Both the position numbers and the translations under genes were made by a program. A stretch of 64,000 bases of DNA from a virus. The stretch covers positions 100,447 to 164,446 of the IMG/VR virus record IMGVR_UViG_3300031772_000002; one strand, written 5' to 3'. Below, piece by piece: positions 10,904 to 22,319 of this stretch. Position 1 is the stretch's first letter. Every line of letters starts with the position of its first letter. Under the pieces are notes generated by a model. It searched no databases and had not been told where the DNA came from. It saw only the letters and a program-made list of their open reading frames with translations.

Positions 10904-13900
10904 ATGAATAACATTTTTAATAATCTAATAATTAACTGCTCAACTGTCGGAATTTATTACGGAAGTCCGATTGGTTTTGAGTATGATAATAATATTATTC
11001 AGGATTGTGGGTCAGGATGTGTAAATAGTAGTAGTTCAGAAACTAATTGTTTTCATAATTGTATTACTGATGATGCAACGATTCCTGGTGGAATAAATTG
11101 TCATCAAAATACAGAATTAATTTTTGAAGATAAAGTTAATGAAGATTATCGTTTGCATATAAGTGATATAGTTGCATATAGAAATAATGCAGGTATTGAC
11201 AAATCAGAATTATATAATTATGATATAAATGGAGATATCATTGATAACTCATGGTGCATAGGTCCATTTCATAAAACTCCTGAAATTACATTTAGTGTTG
11301 GAGACGATGTTAGTACAGATTTAAAAACAGGAAGTCCTACATATTCAATTACTAATTCAATTTTAACATTTAGTGTGCCACAAACTAATGAATTTTTATG
11401 TGCTGGATGCATTATAAACAGAGTTGGTCCTGATCCATATGTTTTACTTAAAAGAAAGATTGACAATAGTAATTGGGAAGTTGTCAATTCAGATGGAACA
11501 ATAGTTGCAAATAATTCAGGTCCTGTTACTATTAATACAATAAACTTTTTTACTAATGATGTAAATAATTTAGTATATAATGTTGCACATTCAGATCATA
11601 TCACTCAATATTTAGATTCAGACAATTTAACTTCCATGGATATTAAAATTAAAATAGCTTGTGCGAATGGAAGTTCTCCTGATGGATTTTATATAAGAGA
11701 TTTTACATGTGATAGATATAGAAATATTGAAATATTTGTTCCTGATATGTCTGATGATGATTATATTGAATCAAATTCAAATAGAAAGCATAATGGTGTT
11801 TGGGATTTACTTGATCATGTTCCAGATAAAGACAATTATCCAAATCAAACAGTTGGAGGAAATGTTAATTATACACCATATGTAGTATATGGAGGAGAAT
11901 TTGATGAGTCTAATTGTATTAATATAGCAGTTGATTGGTGTGTAATTAATGGATTACAAATAAGCGGTGGACAGTATGGAATATATGTTATAAATTCAAA
12001 TAATCCAGTTATTAAAAATAATATTATTAAAGATTGTATTGTTGATGCTGTTCATTTTGTCGATAAATGTTTAGATGGAATAGATTATTACGAATCCATA
12101 ATTACTAAAAATTTAATTTATAATTGTGGAGAAAATGGAATTAGATTAAATTATGGAAGATTTATTTCATATGATATAACAGCAGATTTTATTACTTTTT
12201 CTATTAACAATATAGAAAATTTTGATATTGACATTCATGAATTATTTAATAAATATACAGTTGAACTTAAACAATCAAGTTATGACACTATAATATGGTC
12301 TCCAGGAAAATTAACAATTAATTTTCAAGATGGAAATACAATGAGTGATGTATTATTATCTGATAAAATTTATGGAGAACCATGGGGAGTTATAACTGCA
12401 GGATCTGGAGTTTTAAGTGAACTAGAAACAACTAAAATGGATGAAGCTGATTCTTATGTAACAAATACTTCTGGAGATTTTAGAAAAAATCAAATTAAAA
12501 TTTATCATAACACAATTATTAAATGCAATCATGGAATTTATATAGAAACAGTTGACGATAGCAATACTAATGTTATAGCTTTGCTAAAAAATAATTTAAT
12601 AACTCAATGTATTAAAGAATGTTACTACACTTCTTTTGTAAATCCATCTTCAGTTTTAATAAATCATTGCGCGTCCGACGATTCATCTCTTGATAATTTT
12701 GTCGGAATGAATAATATTAACGATATAAATATTCAATTTGTAAATATATCAAATCATGATTATCGATTAACTTTAAATGATACTATTGATATGTATGGAT
12801 ACCATACATTATCAGACGAATGTTATCAAGTTGAATATGATAATGTATTTACTGAATATGAATCTATAAACAATTTAGTATTTGGATCAAATACATGGAA
12901 ATCAAGAAATAAAGAAATAAATTTTTCAATTGGAGCTAATACTGAAAATCTTGATGAAAATCCTGATGATAGAAAATTAACTATTACTAATGGAATTCTT
13001 ACTTTTACCGGAGATGGGATTAGTGATAATATAGGAATTGGAGATAAGATAACTTACGAAAACGGAGGAACAAAATATTGTTACCTAGCTGAACGAGGAA
13101 ATAATTATAATTGGCATGTTTTAGATGTTGATGGAAATGAAATATCCGATACATTAGAATCTGAAGTAACAAGTATTAAAAGAGTGTTTAACTCGTTAGC
13201 CTTTGCAATTTCAGATAGTGGTATAATAGTAGAATTTCCATATATAAGTGATAAAGATATTAATTCTAAAGAATTAAATCTATATGGTTGGTGTTATAAT
13301 GATAACGATACAGTAGATACTGGGGATATTATTATAAATGGATGGCTAACCCATCCTTTGTATAAATTTTATATTCAATCACCCGATAATATCAAAACCC
13401 AGTGCTCTACAATTCAATCTCATTCAGGAGTATGGGGAGGATATCGAATATCCTCATCTGATGCTGGAGGGTCTCCCAAGTGTCTTACAATTGATAACAA
13501 CTTCATTGTCATTAAAAGATTATCTTTAGAACGATACGATAATACCGGAGACGTTATTAATGCAGTTGGGAATGGTATTATTTTAGAAAATAATATTATT
13601 AGAAACGGAGATCGTGGAATTCTTTTAAATGGAAGTGATGTTGATAATTTAAATATTGCTTTTGGAAATATAGTGTATGATTCCGAATCTGTTGGCATTG
13701 ATTTAATATATACAAAATCTATTAATAATACAATAGTTAACTGTGGTATTGGAGTAAGATTAAATGATGTTGCCTGCAAAGCTATAAATAATATATCACA
13801 TGAAGATGACGGGGTTTGTTATAGCGGAAAACTTGATGGTGTAGAATCATGCTTAAGTAATGATGATACTGCAGGAACTTCTAATAATAATATGTCCAAT

Positions 13901-16900
13901 GTAACTATTGAGTTTAATGATAAAAATTTAAAAGATTTTCATATTAAAAGAAAAGATTGGTACGCAATAAACAATGGAGTTAATTTTGGATCTCTATGTT
14001 CACTTATTGTAAAAGATGGATACTTATATGAACAACCATTTTATTATAATATTGATGGTGAATTAATTAGTGATAATACGTGGTGCAGAGGGGCCGATAC
14101 AATTGAAGACATAGAAACTATTAATTTATATTTTTCTGCAAATAACGATACTTCTAATTTTATAACATTGGATCATGGAACAAATGGATATGTATCAATA
14201 GATCAAAGCATAGCAACATTTTCAACATCACAAATTGATGATCGTATTGGAGTTGGAGATAAATTAATATATACTGACGATGACGGTGAGCATATTTGCT
14301 ATTTATATGAAAAAATTTCAGATTTACAATGGATAGTAAAAGATTTATTTGGATTAGAAGTTACAAATTCCAGTAATGCAAATCTTAATAGTATAACAAG
14401 AGCATTTGTATCATCATGGTCAAATTTATTTTTAGCGTCATCAAATGAAAGTGTGCAGCAATTACTTGGAACAAGTGATAATCCTTTTATTTATTTAACA
14501 AAAGCAATGTATTGTATAAATATAGCTTTATATAAATATGACATAATTAATAGTTCAATTGTAATTTCTGGATTTATAACTGATATTAATCATTATATAA
14601 AATTATTTACTCCAGTTGATTTAAGAAAGCATTGTAATGCAAGTCAATCCCATCGAGGGTCAATAAAATACGAAAATCCTGCCAGAATACATTCAGAAGA
14701 TTCTAATGGAATATCCATTGAATGCAATTATACTATTATTGATGGAATAATTTGTTCAGCTATAGGATATGATGCGATATCTTTAATAGGTGTAACCGGA
14801 TGTGTTATTATAAATAATATATTATTCAATAGTAATAATGGCATAACATCTGATGAAAGTTGTATTCAAAATATTATTATTAATAACACTATATATAATA
14901 TTGTTTTTGATGGAATTAAAAGTGGAGTAAATGATATTATATTTAATAACACAGTAGATTCATGTGGATCTAAATGTTTTAATAATTATCCAAGAGATTT
15001 ATTAATTAATAATATAGGACAAAGGGCGGGAGATGTATGTTTTAATTATGGATATACTGAAAATTGTATAGCTTCAGATTTATCTTTAGTTAATTTTAAC
15101 AATAACATAAATGAACTTGAAGTATTATTTATTGGACGATATGGAGAAAGTGATCCTAATGAAGAAGATTATCATTTAACTCAAGATAATTATTTAGTAA
15201 AATGTGCCGGAAAAAGACTTGATGGCAATTCTTATTATAAATTTAATATAGATGGATCTTATAATTCAAGATCAACATGGTGGGACATAGGATCTCTTGA
15301 ATTTCAATCTAAACGTATTGTTTATTCGATTGGAATATCAACAGAAGATTTACAAACTAAATATTTAGGAAATAATACCCATTACACTATTACAGTAAAA
15401 AATGAAATAAGTTTTATAGAGTTTTCTAATCCACAAATAAATATTCATTTAGGTATAGGAGATAGAGTTTTTGACGATCATGGAACTTTTGAAAATGGAT
15501 GTTTCCTGATAGAAAAAATAACTGAATCAAAATGGATAGTGTATGATATTTTTGGAAATTCATTATCAGAATCATCAGGGATAATTGAAAAAATCAATAG
15601 AGTCTTTCCAACAATACGTGATGCATGTAATAATGAAACTGGATTTCCTTCAAACGAATTTTTAAATTCGTTAAGTTTATATGATTTGAATGTTAACGTT
15701 ACTCTCGCATGTTACAATGATGAAGGTGATTTCTTTTCATACCCTGGTGCATATATATACGATATAATTACTGAAGCGCACAATAACCTTAGAATAATTG
15801 TTCCTAATAATATAATAACTCAATGTAATAAAACACAAAGACATGATGGGGTATACGGGTATGGCAACAAAGGATTTAAAACTGAATTAACTATAATTGA
15901 TGGATCGTCAGATTCTGTTATACAAGCGTTCGGAATTAAATATTTAGAAATTGAAGGTTTACAAATAAAAGGACTTCATCAACTTTCTCATGGAATACAT
16001 ATTACTCAATGTAAACCATTTTATATTGGATACAATATAATACAAGGAATTTATGGAAATGGAATATTATGCCAAGATAGCGATAAAAAAAATATTATCG
16101 TCAACAATTTAATATATGATTGTAATGATGATGGAATAGGAATAGAATTTCTTAATACAGGTAATGGCTTAGACATTGATATTAATAACAATACAATAGT
16201 TAATTGCAGGCGAGGAGTTTACTTAAATAAAATAAATGATCCTTATATTACCGGATTGTCAGTTCGTCTAAAAAATAACTTATGTCAAGATTCAGAATAT
16301 AAAGATTATGTCGCTGAATATGAAAATCATTTTGGACATTTCTCTCTTAGTAAATGCATAAGCGGAGATGAAACAGCTTCAAATTTTGCCGGAACAATGA
16401 ATATAAGAAATAGATTTATTAATTTTATTGATCGAGATGGAAAAAATTTTAATCTTAATAATTTACTTGATGGTATAGCTGTTAATAATGCTCTGGATTT
16501 AAGCGGCGATAATGTTTTTCCATTCACAGACGATATTACCGGAACTATTAGAGATGTTGGAGAATATGATATAGGCGCGTTTGAAGTGGTTTTAATTTTT
16601 GGTTATGGAGAACTAATAGTAGGTCCAACTATTATTAGTGGAATAGGAATCATTGGAGAAGGATTTCCTGTTATTGATTTATACTTAAGAGGATTAGATG
16701 AATTTGATGAACCAGATTATATACCTTATATTGATCCAAAATATCAATTTATAAACATTGAAGGGTCAGACCCTGTATACGATTTAAATGCTTTTATTGA
16801 TAGGCTTGAATCGATTTATAGTTTAGTTATTCATGCCCAAGGCGGTGAAAAATTTCCAGGAATGTTTTCGTTTAATGTAAGGCCGGAAAATACTATTGTT

Positions 16901-17320
16901 GTTAAAACATATGAACCAGAATTAATACCACACGGACCAGCATCATTTGTTTATATTAATAATATAATTGATGATGAAAGTTCTCATTCTTTATTAACAT
17001 TTAAAAATTTAAAAATATACAGCAATGATAGTGGTGATACTTATAGTTTATTTAGTCCGTTTTGTCCAGTCACAGGAATTAGATTTGAAAACTGTATAAT
17101 TCAGGTAAATAATGATTGTATATCTCAGGCGCCTCATTCAACAATACAATCAATAAATAGTATTTTAATATTTAGAAATGATTCACAAGAAAATATATTT
17201 TGTTTAGTAAAAGATGGACCTGTAATACCAGTCGATGTTGAAAATTTAATAGCAAATTCAATTATATTAACAGGTTGTACTGATTTCGATGTAACGTTTG
17301 TAATAAACAAACTATCTTAA
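10904..17320 (+). CDS. Giant right-handed parallel beta-helix (pectin-lyase-like) repeat protein; tail spike/adhesin
   Basis: Four large repeated units (FSVG/FSIG/FSAN/YSIG...GIGD...W.V.D..G) each followed by NNxI/NCxxG beta-helix and DY.L...DIG motifs. Confidence 0.8.
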   Translation: MNNIFNNLIINCSTVGIYYGSPIGFEYDNNIIQDCGSGCVNSSSSETNCFHNCITDDATIPGGINCHQNTELIFEDKVNEDYRLHISDIVAYRNNAGIDKSELYNYDINGDIIDNSWCIGPFHKTPEITFSVGDDVSTDLKTGSPTYSITNSILTFSVPQTNEFLCAGCIINRVGPDPYVLLKRKIDNSNWEVVNSDGTIVANNSGPVTINTINFFTNDVNNLVYNVAHSDHITQYLDSDNLTSMDIKIKIACANGSSPDGFYIRDFTCDRYRNIEIFVPDMSDDDYIESNSNRKHNGVWDLLDHVPDKDNYPNQTVGGNVNYTPYVVYGGEFDESNCINIAVDWCVINGLQISGGQYGIYVINSNNPVIKNNIIKDCIVDAVHFVDKCLDGIDYYESIITKNLIYNCGENGIRLNYGRFISYDITADFITFSINNIENFDIDIHELFNKYTVELKQSSYDTIIWSPGKLTINFQDGNTMSDVLLSDKIYGEPWGVITAGSGVLSELETTKMDEADSYVTNTSGDFRKNQIKIYHNTIIKCNHGIYIETVDDSNTNVIALLKNNLITQCIKECYYTSFVNPSSVLINHCASDDSSLDNFVGMNNINDINIQFVNISNHDYRLTLNDTIDMYGYHTLSDECYQVEYDNVFTEYESINNLVFGSNTWKSRNKEINFSIGANTENLDENPDDRKLTITNGILTFTGDGISDNIGIGDKITYENGGTKYCYLAERGNNYNWHVLDVDGNEISDTLESEVTSIKRVFNSLAFAISDSGIIVEFPYISDKDINSKELNLYGWCYNDNDTVDTGDIIINGWLTHPLYKFYIQSPDNIKTQCSTIQSHSGVWGGYRISSSDAGGSPKCLTIDNNFIVIKRLSLERYDNTGDVINAVGNGIILENNIIRNGDRGILLNGSDVDNLNIAFGNIVYDSESVGIDLIYTKSINNTIVNCGIGVRLNDVACKAINNISHEDDGVCYSGKLDGVESCLSNDDTAGTSNNNMSNVTIEFNDKNLKDFHIKRKDWYAINNGVNFGSLCSLIVKDGYLYEQPFYYNIDGELISDNTWCRGADTIEDIETINLYFSANNDTSNFITLDHGTNGYVSIDQSIATFSTSQIDDRIGVGDKLIYTDDDGEHICYLYEKISDLQWIVKDLFGLEVTNSSNANLNSITRAFVSSWSNLFLASSNESVQQLLGTSDNPFIYLTKAMYCINIALYKYDIINSSIVISGFITDINHYIKLFTPVDLRKHCNASQSHRGSIKYENPARIHSEDSNGISIECNYTIIDGIICSAIGYDAISLIGVTGCVIINNILFNSNNGITSDESCIQNIIINNTIYNIVFDGIKSGVNDIIFNNTVDSCGSKCFNNYPRDLLINNIGQRAGDVCFNYGYTENCIASDLSLVNFNNNINELEVLFIGRYGESDPNEEDYHLTQDNYLVKCAGKRLDGNSYYKFNIDGSYNSRSTWWDIGSLEFQSKRIVYSIGISTEDLQTKYLGNNTHYTITVKNEISFIEFSNPQINIHLGIGDRVFDDHGTFENGCFLIEKITESKWIVYDIFGNSLSESSGIIEKINRVFPTIRDACNNETGFPSNEFLNSLSLYDLNVNVTLACYNDEGDFFSYPGAYIYDIITEAHNNLRIIVPNNIITQCNKTQRHDGVYGYGNKGFKTELTIIDGSSDSVIQAFGIKYLEIEGLQIKGLHQLSHGIHITQCKPFYIGYNIIQGIYGNGILCQDSDKKNIIVNNLIYDCNDDGIGIEFLNTGNGLDIDINNNTIVNCRRGVYLNKINDPYITGLSVRLKNNLCQDSEYKDYVAEYENHFGHFSLSKCISGDETASNFAGTMNIRNRFINFIDRDGKNFNLNNLLDGIAVNNALDLSGDNVFPFTDDITGTIRDVGEYDIGAFEVVLIFGYGELIVGPTIISGIGIIGEGFPVIDLYLRGLDEFDEPDYIPYIDPKYQFINIEGSDPVYDLNAFIDRLESIYSLVIHAQGGEKFPGMFSFNVRPENTIVVKTYEPELIPHGPASFVYINNIIDDESSHSLLTFKNLKIYSNDSGDTYSLFSPFCPVTGIRFENCIIQVNNDCISQAPHSTIQSINSILIFRNDSQENIFCLVKDGPVIPVDVENLIANSIILTGCTDFDVTFVINKLS

Positions 17321-17336
17321 AATTAGGATACTTTAA

Positions 17337-20300
17337 ATGACTGCACGATGGGATTTATTAAATTCTGTTCCATACGCTTCAGATATATCAAATTTTTATT
17401 TTACATGTTATTGTGAATTTGAAGGTGAAATTTATTTTGGATCATATTTTTGGAATAATAATTTTGCTACTGGAGATTATGGAACATTATATAAATTTAA
17501 TATTGGTACAGAAATTATATCTGCAGTTTGTACTTTACCAATTGTAGAATTAAGTCCAGGAGATGGGGTTGGTCAATATTTAATAACATCATTAGTGGTT
17601 TTTAATAACAGATTATATTTAATGTCTGGAAGTGCAATTTATGGTAACGATCCTCAAGAATCAAAAATTCTTGGCACAAGATTATATATACTAAATTCAA
17701 CTAAAGATGGAATAACAGAAGTTACAGATACTCCTCATGAAGTAGGAGAAAGAAAATTAATAGTTTTTGATGGAAATCTTTATTCAATTGATGTTTGGAG
17801 AAATTTGCCTGGAATGATTCCAGCCCCAGGAAGATTATATAAACTTGATGGATTTATATGGAATGTTGTAGCAACTTGGCCAGATTCTATTTGCTGGCCT
17901 GAAGATATAATTGTATTTGAAGATGAATTATATGTAATTGATAGCGCTAATTTATATAAATGGAATGGAGTTGATGCTTTTATTTTTGTAGCAAACGCAC
18001 CGTCATTTACTCCATTTGACGACTCAACTATATCTTATTTTAATATCTTACATTATCCTAGAACAACTTTATCAATTAATAATTCAAGATTGTATGCCGG
18101 AGGAAATATACAAGATGAAGAAAATCCATTATATTTTTGGGGATCAATTGTAAAATTAAATCTTGCTAAAGATTCTTTTGATATTGTTGGAATATATCCA
18201 CTAACAAGTTCTTATAAAGAAGGATTTATATCAAGTGTTTTATATAGAAATGAATTATTATTAGCAGGAACAGGGCAAGTAGGAACATATCCAGTTCCTG
18301 GTATTATTTATAAAGTTAATAATTTAGAAACTGGAATAGATTTTTCTTGTGATTTTAATAAATATAAATATGGAAATGTATTTGATCCTAATGATGAATG
18401 TAGAGATTGTTTTCCATTTATAAGAATAAACAAACTTGAATTTTTATATAAAATAATATCTTCTCCAAGTGATGCAATTAAAAATATTCAATGTCTTAAT
18501 AATACTATTTACATTGTTAATTTATATTCAGGACTAATGGCATATAGTTTTACTGAAGGTGCTGTAACTCCATTTACATTATTATACAATTCAACTAAAC
18601 CAACCTATACTATAACTTATGATGGTAATGGCAATACTGGAGGAACTGTTCCAGTTGATTCAACCATTTATAAAGAAAAAGATATAGAAACTGTAACTGT
18701 TTTAGGAAATACAGGAAGTCTTGTTAAAGTTGGATATACTTTTATAGGTTGGAACACAGCAGCGAATGGAAGTGGTACAAGTTATACTGGAGGAACTTTT
18801 TTTATAATTAGTTCAGCAAGTATAATACTTTATGCTCAATGGACTCTCAATGCTACATATACTATAACTTACAACGGAAATCTTAATACAGGTGGATCTA
18901 TACCAGTAGATTCAAATAATTATATATCAGGGGCCACGGCAACTGTTTTAGATAATGTTAATGATTTAATCAGAACCGGTAGAAGTTTTGTTGGATGGAA
19001 TACTGCGGCAAATGGAAGTGGAACAAATTATGCTCCCAGATCAACGTTTACTATTTCAGCAAATTTATTACTTTACGCTAAATGGACATCCAGTACAACT
19101 TATACAGTAACCTATGTAGCTTATGTTCCAACCGGACCTATTACAGGATCAGTACCAGTTGACAAAGTAAAATACACTTCTGGATCTACTGTAACGGTAA
19201 TGAAAAATGTTGGAAATTTAGTTATATCAAATTCATCAATATTTATTGGATGGAGTAAAACTCCCACAGCATCTACTATTTATGCACCTGGAACAACTTT
19301 TGCTATAAGTTCCTCTAATGTTACACTTTATTCCCGTTTTATTACTAATGAAAATTGGAATTCCTGGAGTGATGGAACTTATGTTTATGTAGCTGCTGGT
19401 TATCAAGGGTTGTATGCATTTGATGCCATTACAGGTGTAATGGTTGGATACGTAAATGCTGGTTATCCTAAAATTTATACAGTTTTTCATACTAATAGAT
19501 GCACAGGAGTATGGAGTGATGGTGTAAATGTATTTACAGCAGATACTATATCAGGTGGATTTTCTGGAATAAGAGCTTGGTCAATAAATCCTCTTAACCC
19601 ACCTTCTACATTTTTCAGTGTAGCTGGAAGTATCAATATATTAACAGGAGGCGGTGCAAATAATATAAGACCTTATGGATCTTATATTATCGCTTGTTGC
19701 TATACCGGATTATATGCTTATTCGTACAGTGCTGGAGTCTTTACTCCATTAGGAAGTATTGATCCTGGTGGAGAATCTTTAGATATATTTATATCACATC
19801 CTTATATTTTTGTTGCTAACGGTGCTGATGGAACAAGAGTGTATACTTTTAATGGAACTACTTTTATTCAAGTTGGATATCAGGCAAATGAAATTGGAGG
19901 CAATGCTTATAAAATATATTCAGATGGAACTAATGTTTTTGTTGCTGAAGGAAATTCTTTAAGAGTATTTGAATTGGATTTTGTAGGCCCCAACTTAATC
20001 ACTCCTATTGAAAGAATTTCAAATCCAGTAACTTATTATTCAGTAGCAGGTGATGGAAATTGTATTTTTACAGGCAATGGAACTTTTTATATACCAGATC
20101 TATTAACTTATAAATTTATACCTGAAGAAAGAGTAATATTTCCTAATGTTGAATCAGATCCTGAAAATGCAATGGTTGGAAGTCCAACATTTTCAATTTT
20201 ATATAATCATCCATATTATTCTATTTTAACATTTAGTATACCTCAACCAATTTTAGAACCAAATTCATTAGTATTTGTACCTGAAGGAATTAATCCTGAA

Positions 20301-21389
20301 ATTTATGAAGATGGTATTATATTACTTATGAAAATAGATGATTCAAATTGGTATGTTAAGACTGAAAATATTACTTTTTTACCAACTGATATTGGGCCTG
20401 TTGAAATATATTCAATATGGCAATTTCCTACAAATCCTAAAAATAGAGCAGTAATTTCTGAATTATTTTTATCTTTAGGTATTGATTATATAGAAAATTA
20501 TTCTGGAAGAATTTTTAATGTTTATGGTACAGAATTTAGTACTATAGATTTAACTGCAACATATTTAGATTCTGATACTATTTTACATTCCTGTTCAATT
20601 GAAACAGGATATTCAAATGTTCTAGCAACAATAACAATTCCTCCTGAAGCTTCATTTGGAATTGGAACTTTAACATTAACAAATAGATTTAGTTCAAGTG
20701 ATAACATTGAATTAACACTTTCCCCACTTATTATTGATTTCGTATTTTTATATTATGATAGAATTTATGACATTTATGGATCTAAATTTGGAACTTCAGG
20801 ATTAGTAGCAACTTATTTAGATTCAAATTCAATTTTACATTCATGTCAAATAACTCCAGATTATTATGATTCTTATGCTCAAATAACTATTCCTCCTGAA
20901 GCATATATTGGAATTGGAACTTTAACATTAACAAATTCAGAAAACTCAAGCGATAGTGAACCATTAGAACTTCCTAAATTTTTACATATAGAATCTGCAG
21001 ATGTTGTTTCCGGTAGAACTTATGATATTGAAGGTGAATGGTTTGGAACTCACGATCTGGTAGCACTATTTACAGATTCAAACAATGATGAATATCCATG
21101 TAGTATAAAGTCTGGATATATTGAAACTTATGCACAAATTACCATTCCATTAGAAGCTAAACATGGAGTTGGTTCTCTTAAATTAATAAACTCAGATTTA
21201 AGTGAAGATTCAATAGAAATTGAAATTATACCAATAATTTCTGGTAAAACTGTTTATAATACATTAACATATAATTATGGAACTGGTAATTTAAATTTTC
21301 ATGAAACAGAAATTACTCAAGTTAATTGTAAAGAAAATACTAATCCAGAATTTAAAGATGAATCAATTGGAAGAAATCTTTTAGAATAG
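17337..21389 (+). CDS. Multidomain surface/virion protein: beta-propeller, three Listeria-Bacteroides (InlB B-type) repeats, LVIVD-like repeats, three IPT/TIG-like repeats
   Basis: TYTITYDGNGNTGG.VP...F.GWNT.ANGSGT.Y repeats; YG..FG...L.A.Y.DS...ITIPPEA..GIGTLTLTN x3. Confidence 0.8.
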   Translation: MTARWDLLNSVPYASDISNFYFTCYCEFEGEIYFGSYFWNNNFATGDYGTLYKFNIGTEIISAVCTLPIVELSPGDGVGQYLITSLVVFNNRLYLMSGSAIYGNDPQESKILGTRLYILNSTKDGITEVTDTPHEVGERKLIVFDGNLYSIDVWRNLPGMIPAPGRLYKLDGFIWNVVATWPDSICWPEDIIVFEDELYVIDSANLYKWNGVDAFIFVANAPSFTPFDDSTISYFNILHYPRTTLSINNSRLYAGGNIQDEENPLYFWGSIVKLNLAKDSFDIVGIYPLTSSYKEGFISSVLYRNELLLAGTGQVGTYPVPGIIYKVNNLETGIDFSCDFNKYKYGNVFDPNDECRDCFPFIRINKLEFLYKIISSPSDAIKNIQCLNNTIYIVNLYSGLMAYSFTEGAVTPFTLLYNSTKPTYTITYDGNGNTGGTVPVDSTIYKEKDIETVTVLGNTGSLVKVGYTFIGWNTAANGSGTSYTGGTFFIISSASIILYAQWTLNATYTITYNGNLNTGGSIPVDSNNYISGATATVLDNVNDLIRTGRSFVGWNTAANGSGTNYAPRSTFTISANLLLYAKWTSSTTYTVTYVAYVPTGPITGSVPVDKVKYTSGSTVTVMKNVGNLVISNSSIFIGWSKTPTASTIYAPGTTFAISSSNVTLYSRFITNENWNSWSDGTYVYVAAGYQGLYAFDAITGVMVGYVNAGYPKIYTVFHTNRCTGVWSDGVNVFTADTISGGFSGIRAWSINPLNPPSTFFSVAGSINILTGGGANNIRPYGSYIIACCYTGLYAYSYSAGVFTPLGSIDPGGESLDIFISHPYIFVANGADGTRVYTFNGTTFIQVGYQANEIGGNAYKIYSDGTNVFVAEGNSLRVFELDFVGPNLITPIERISNPVTYYSVAGDGNCIFTGNGTFYIPDLLTYKFIPEERVIFPNVESDPENAMVGSPTFSILYNHPYYSILTFSIPQPILEPNSLVFVPEGINPEIYEDGIILLMKIDDSNWYVKTENITFLPTDIGPVEIYSIWQFPTNPKNRAVISELFLSLGIDYIENYSGRIFNVYGTEFSTIDLTATYLDSDTILHSCSIETGYSNVLATITIPPEASFGIGTLTLTNRFSSSDNIELTLSPLIIDFVFLYYDRIYDIYGSKFGTSGLVATYLDSNSILHSCQITPDYYDSYAQITIPPEAYIGIGTLTLTNSENSSDSEPLELPKFLHIESADVVSGRTYDIEGEWFGTHDLVALFTDSNNDEYPCSIKSGYIETYAQITIPLEAKHGVGSLKLINSDLSEDSIEIEIIPIISGKTVYNTLTYNYGTGNLNFHETEITQVNCKENTNPEFKDESIGRNLLE

Positions 21390-21400
21390 TAAACTAAATT

Positions 21401-21838
21401 ATGGCAAAATTAACAAAATTATATACAACAAAAGATCATCTTACTTTAGGTGTATGGGATGGTGCTGCTGAGTCATGCATGTGGTGTAATAATGATTTTT
21501 TAGTAATAGGTTGTGGTTGGAATATTGCTACTGAAAATTATGATTTAGGTATATCAGTTTTTGCTATAAATTCAAATGGCTCATTAACTCTTAAATATCA
21601 AGACACTTCTTTACTTAAGGTAACAGCTTTATGCCATGATGGAAGATTTCTTTATGTAGGTATTATAGATCCAAATTATTCTACATTCAATGAAGTTAAA
21701 ATTTATAAATTAGAAGTAGATGGCTCATTAACTCTTAAAGATACTATTTTAATAACTGATGGTTATGTTACAGGAATTAAAAGCGATGGAAGGTTTATTT
21801 ATATAAGTACTACTTATGGAACTCCATGGGAAACTTAA
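21401..21838 (+). CDS. Beta-propeller fragment 1
   Basis: DGRFLYV / GSLTLK blade repeats. Confidence 0.7.
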   Translation: MAKLTKLYTTKDHLTLGVWDGAAESCMWCNNDFLVIGCGWNIATENYDLGISVFAINSNGSLTLKYQDTSLLKVTALCHDGRFLYVGIIDPNYSTFNEVKIYKLEVDGSLTLKDTILITDGYVTGIKSDGRFIYISTTYGTPWET

Positions 21839-21850
21839 TATAGGATTTTT

Positions 21851-22303
21851 ATGTCATTATTTTCATATGAAGTAGACGTCAATGGTACTCCAACTTATAA
21901 AGATAGTTTTACAATTGGAGGGAATGAGATAGGAACACAAAGTAATATAGCTTGTGATGAAAATTTTGTATATTTCATAGACGATCCTGATTTTTATCAT
22001 AATGAAGGAACTCTTCGCGTTTTATCTGTAGATGAAAATGGATTGCCGACTCAAGTATATGAATTGTCAAGTATGTGGAATATTTGTTATAAAGTTTTTC
22101 GATTGGGAGATTTTCTTTATACATCTAACTATCTACAACATCCTACTTATAGAGAAGGTAGATTGTATAGATATAGTATATCAGTAGAAGGAGTATTAAC
22201 ATTACTTGACTATGTTGAAACTGGATTCGTTGTTAACGATATGTCTATTGATGATGAAGGTGTAATTTATACAGCTCTTGATGGCGCTGCATCTTTTACT
22301 TAA
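21851..22303 (+). CDS. Beta-propeller fragment 2
   Basis: Continues the same blade repeat (Y.V..DG..T..D). Confidence 0.7.
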   Translation: MSLFSYEVDVNGTPTYKDSFTIGGNEIGTQSNIACDENFVYFIDDPDFYHNEGTLRVLSVDENGLPTQVYELSSMWNICYKVFRLGDFLYTSNYLQHPTYREGRLYRYSISVEGVLTLLDYVETGFVVNDMSIDDEGVIYTALDGAASFT

Positions 22304-22319
22304 TTATTGGTAATAAATT

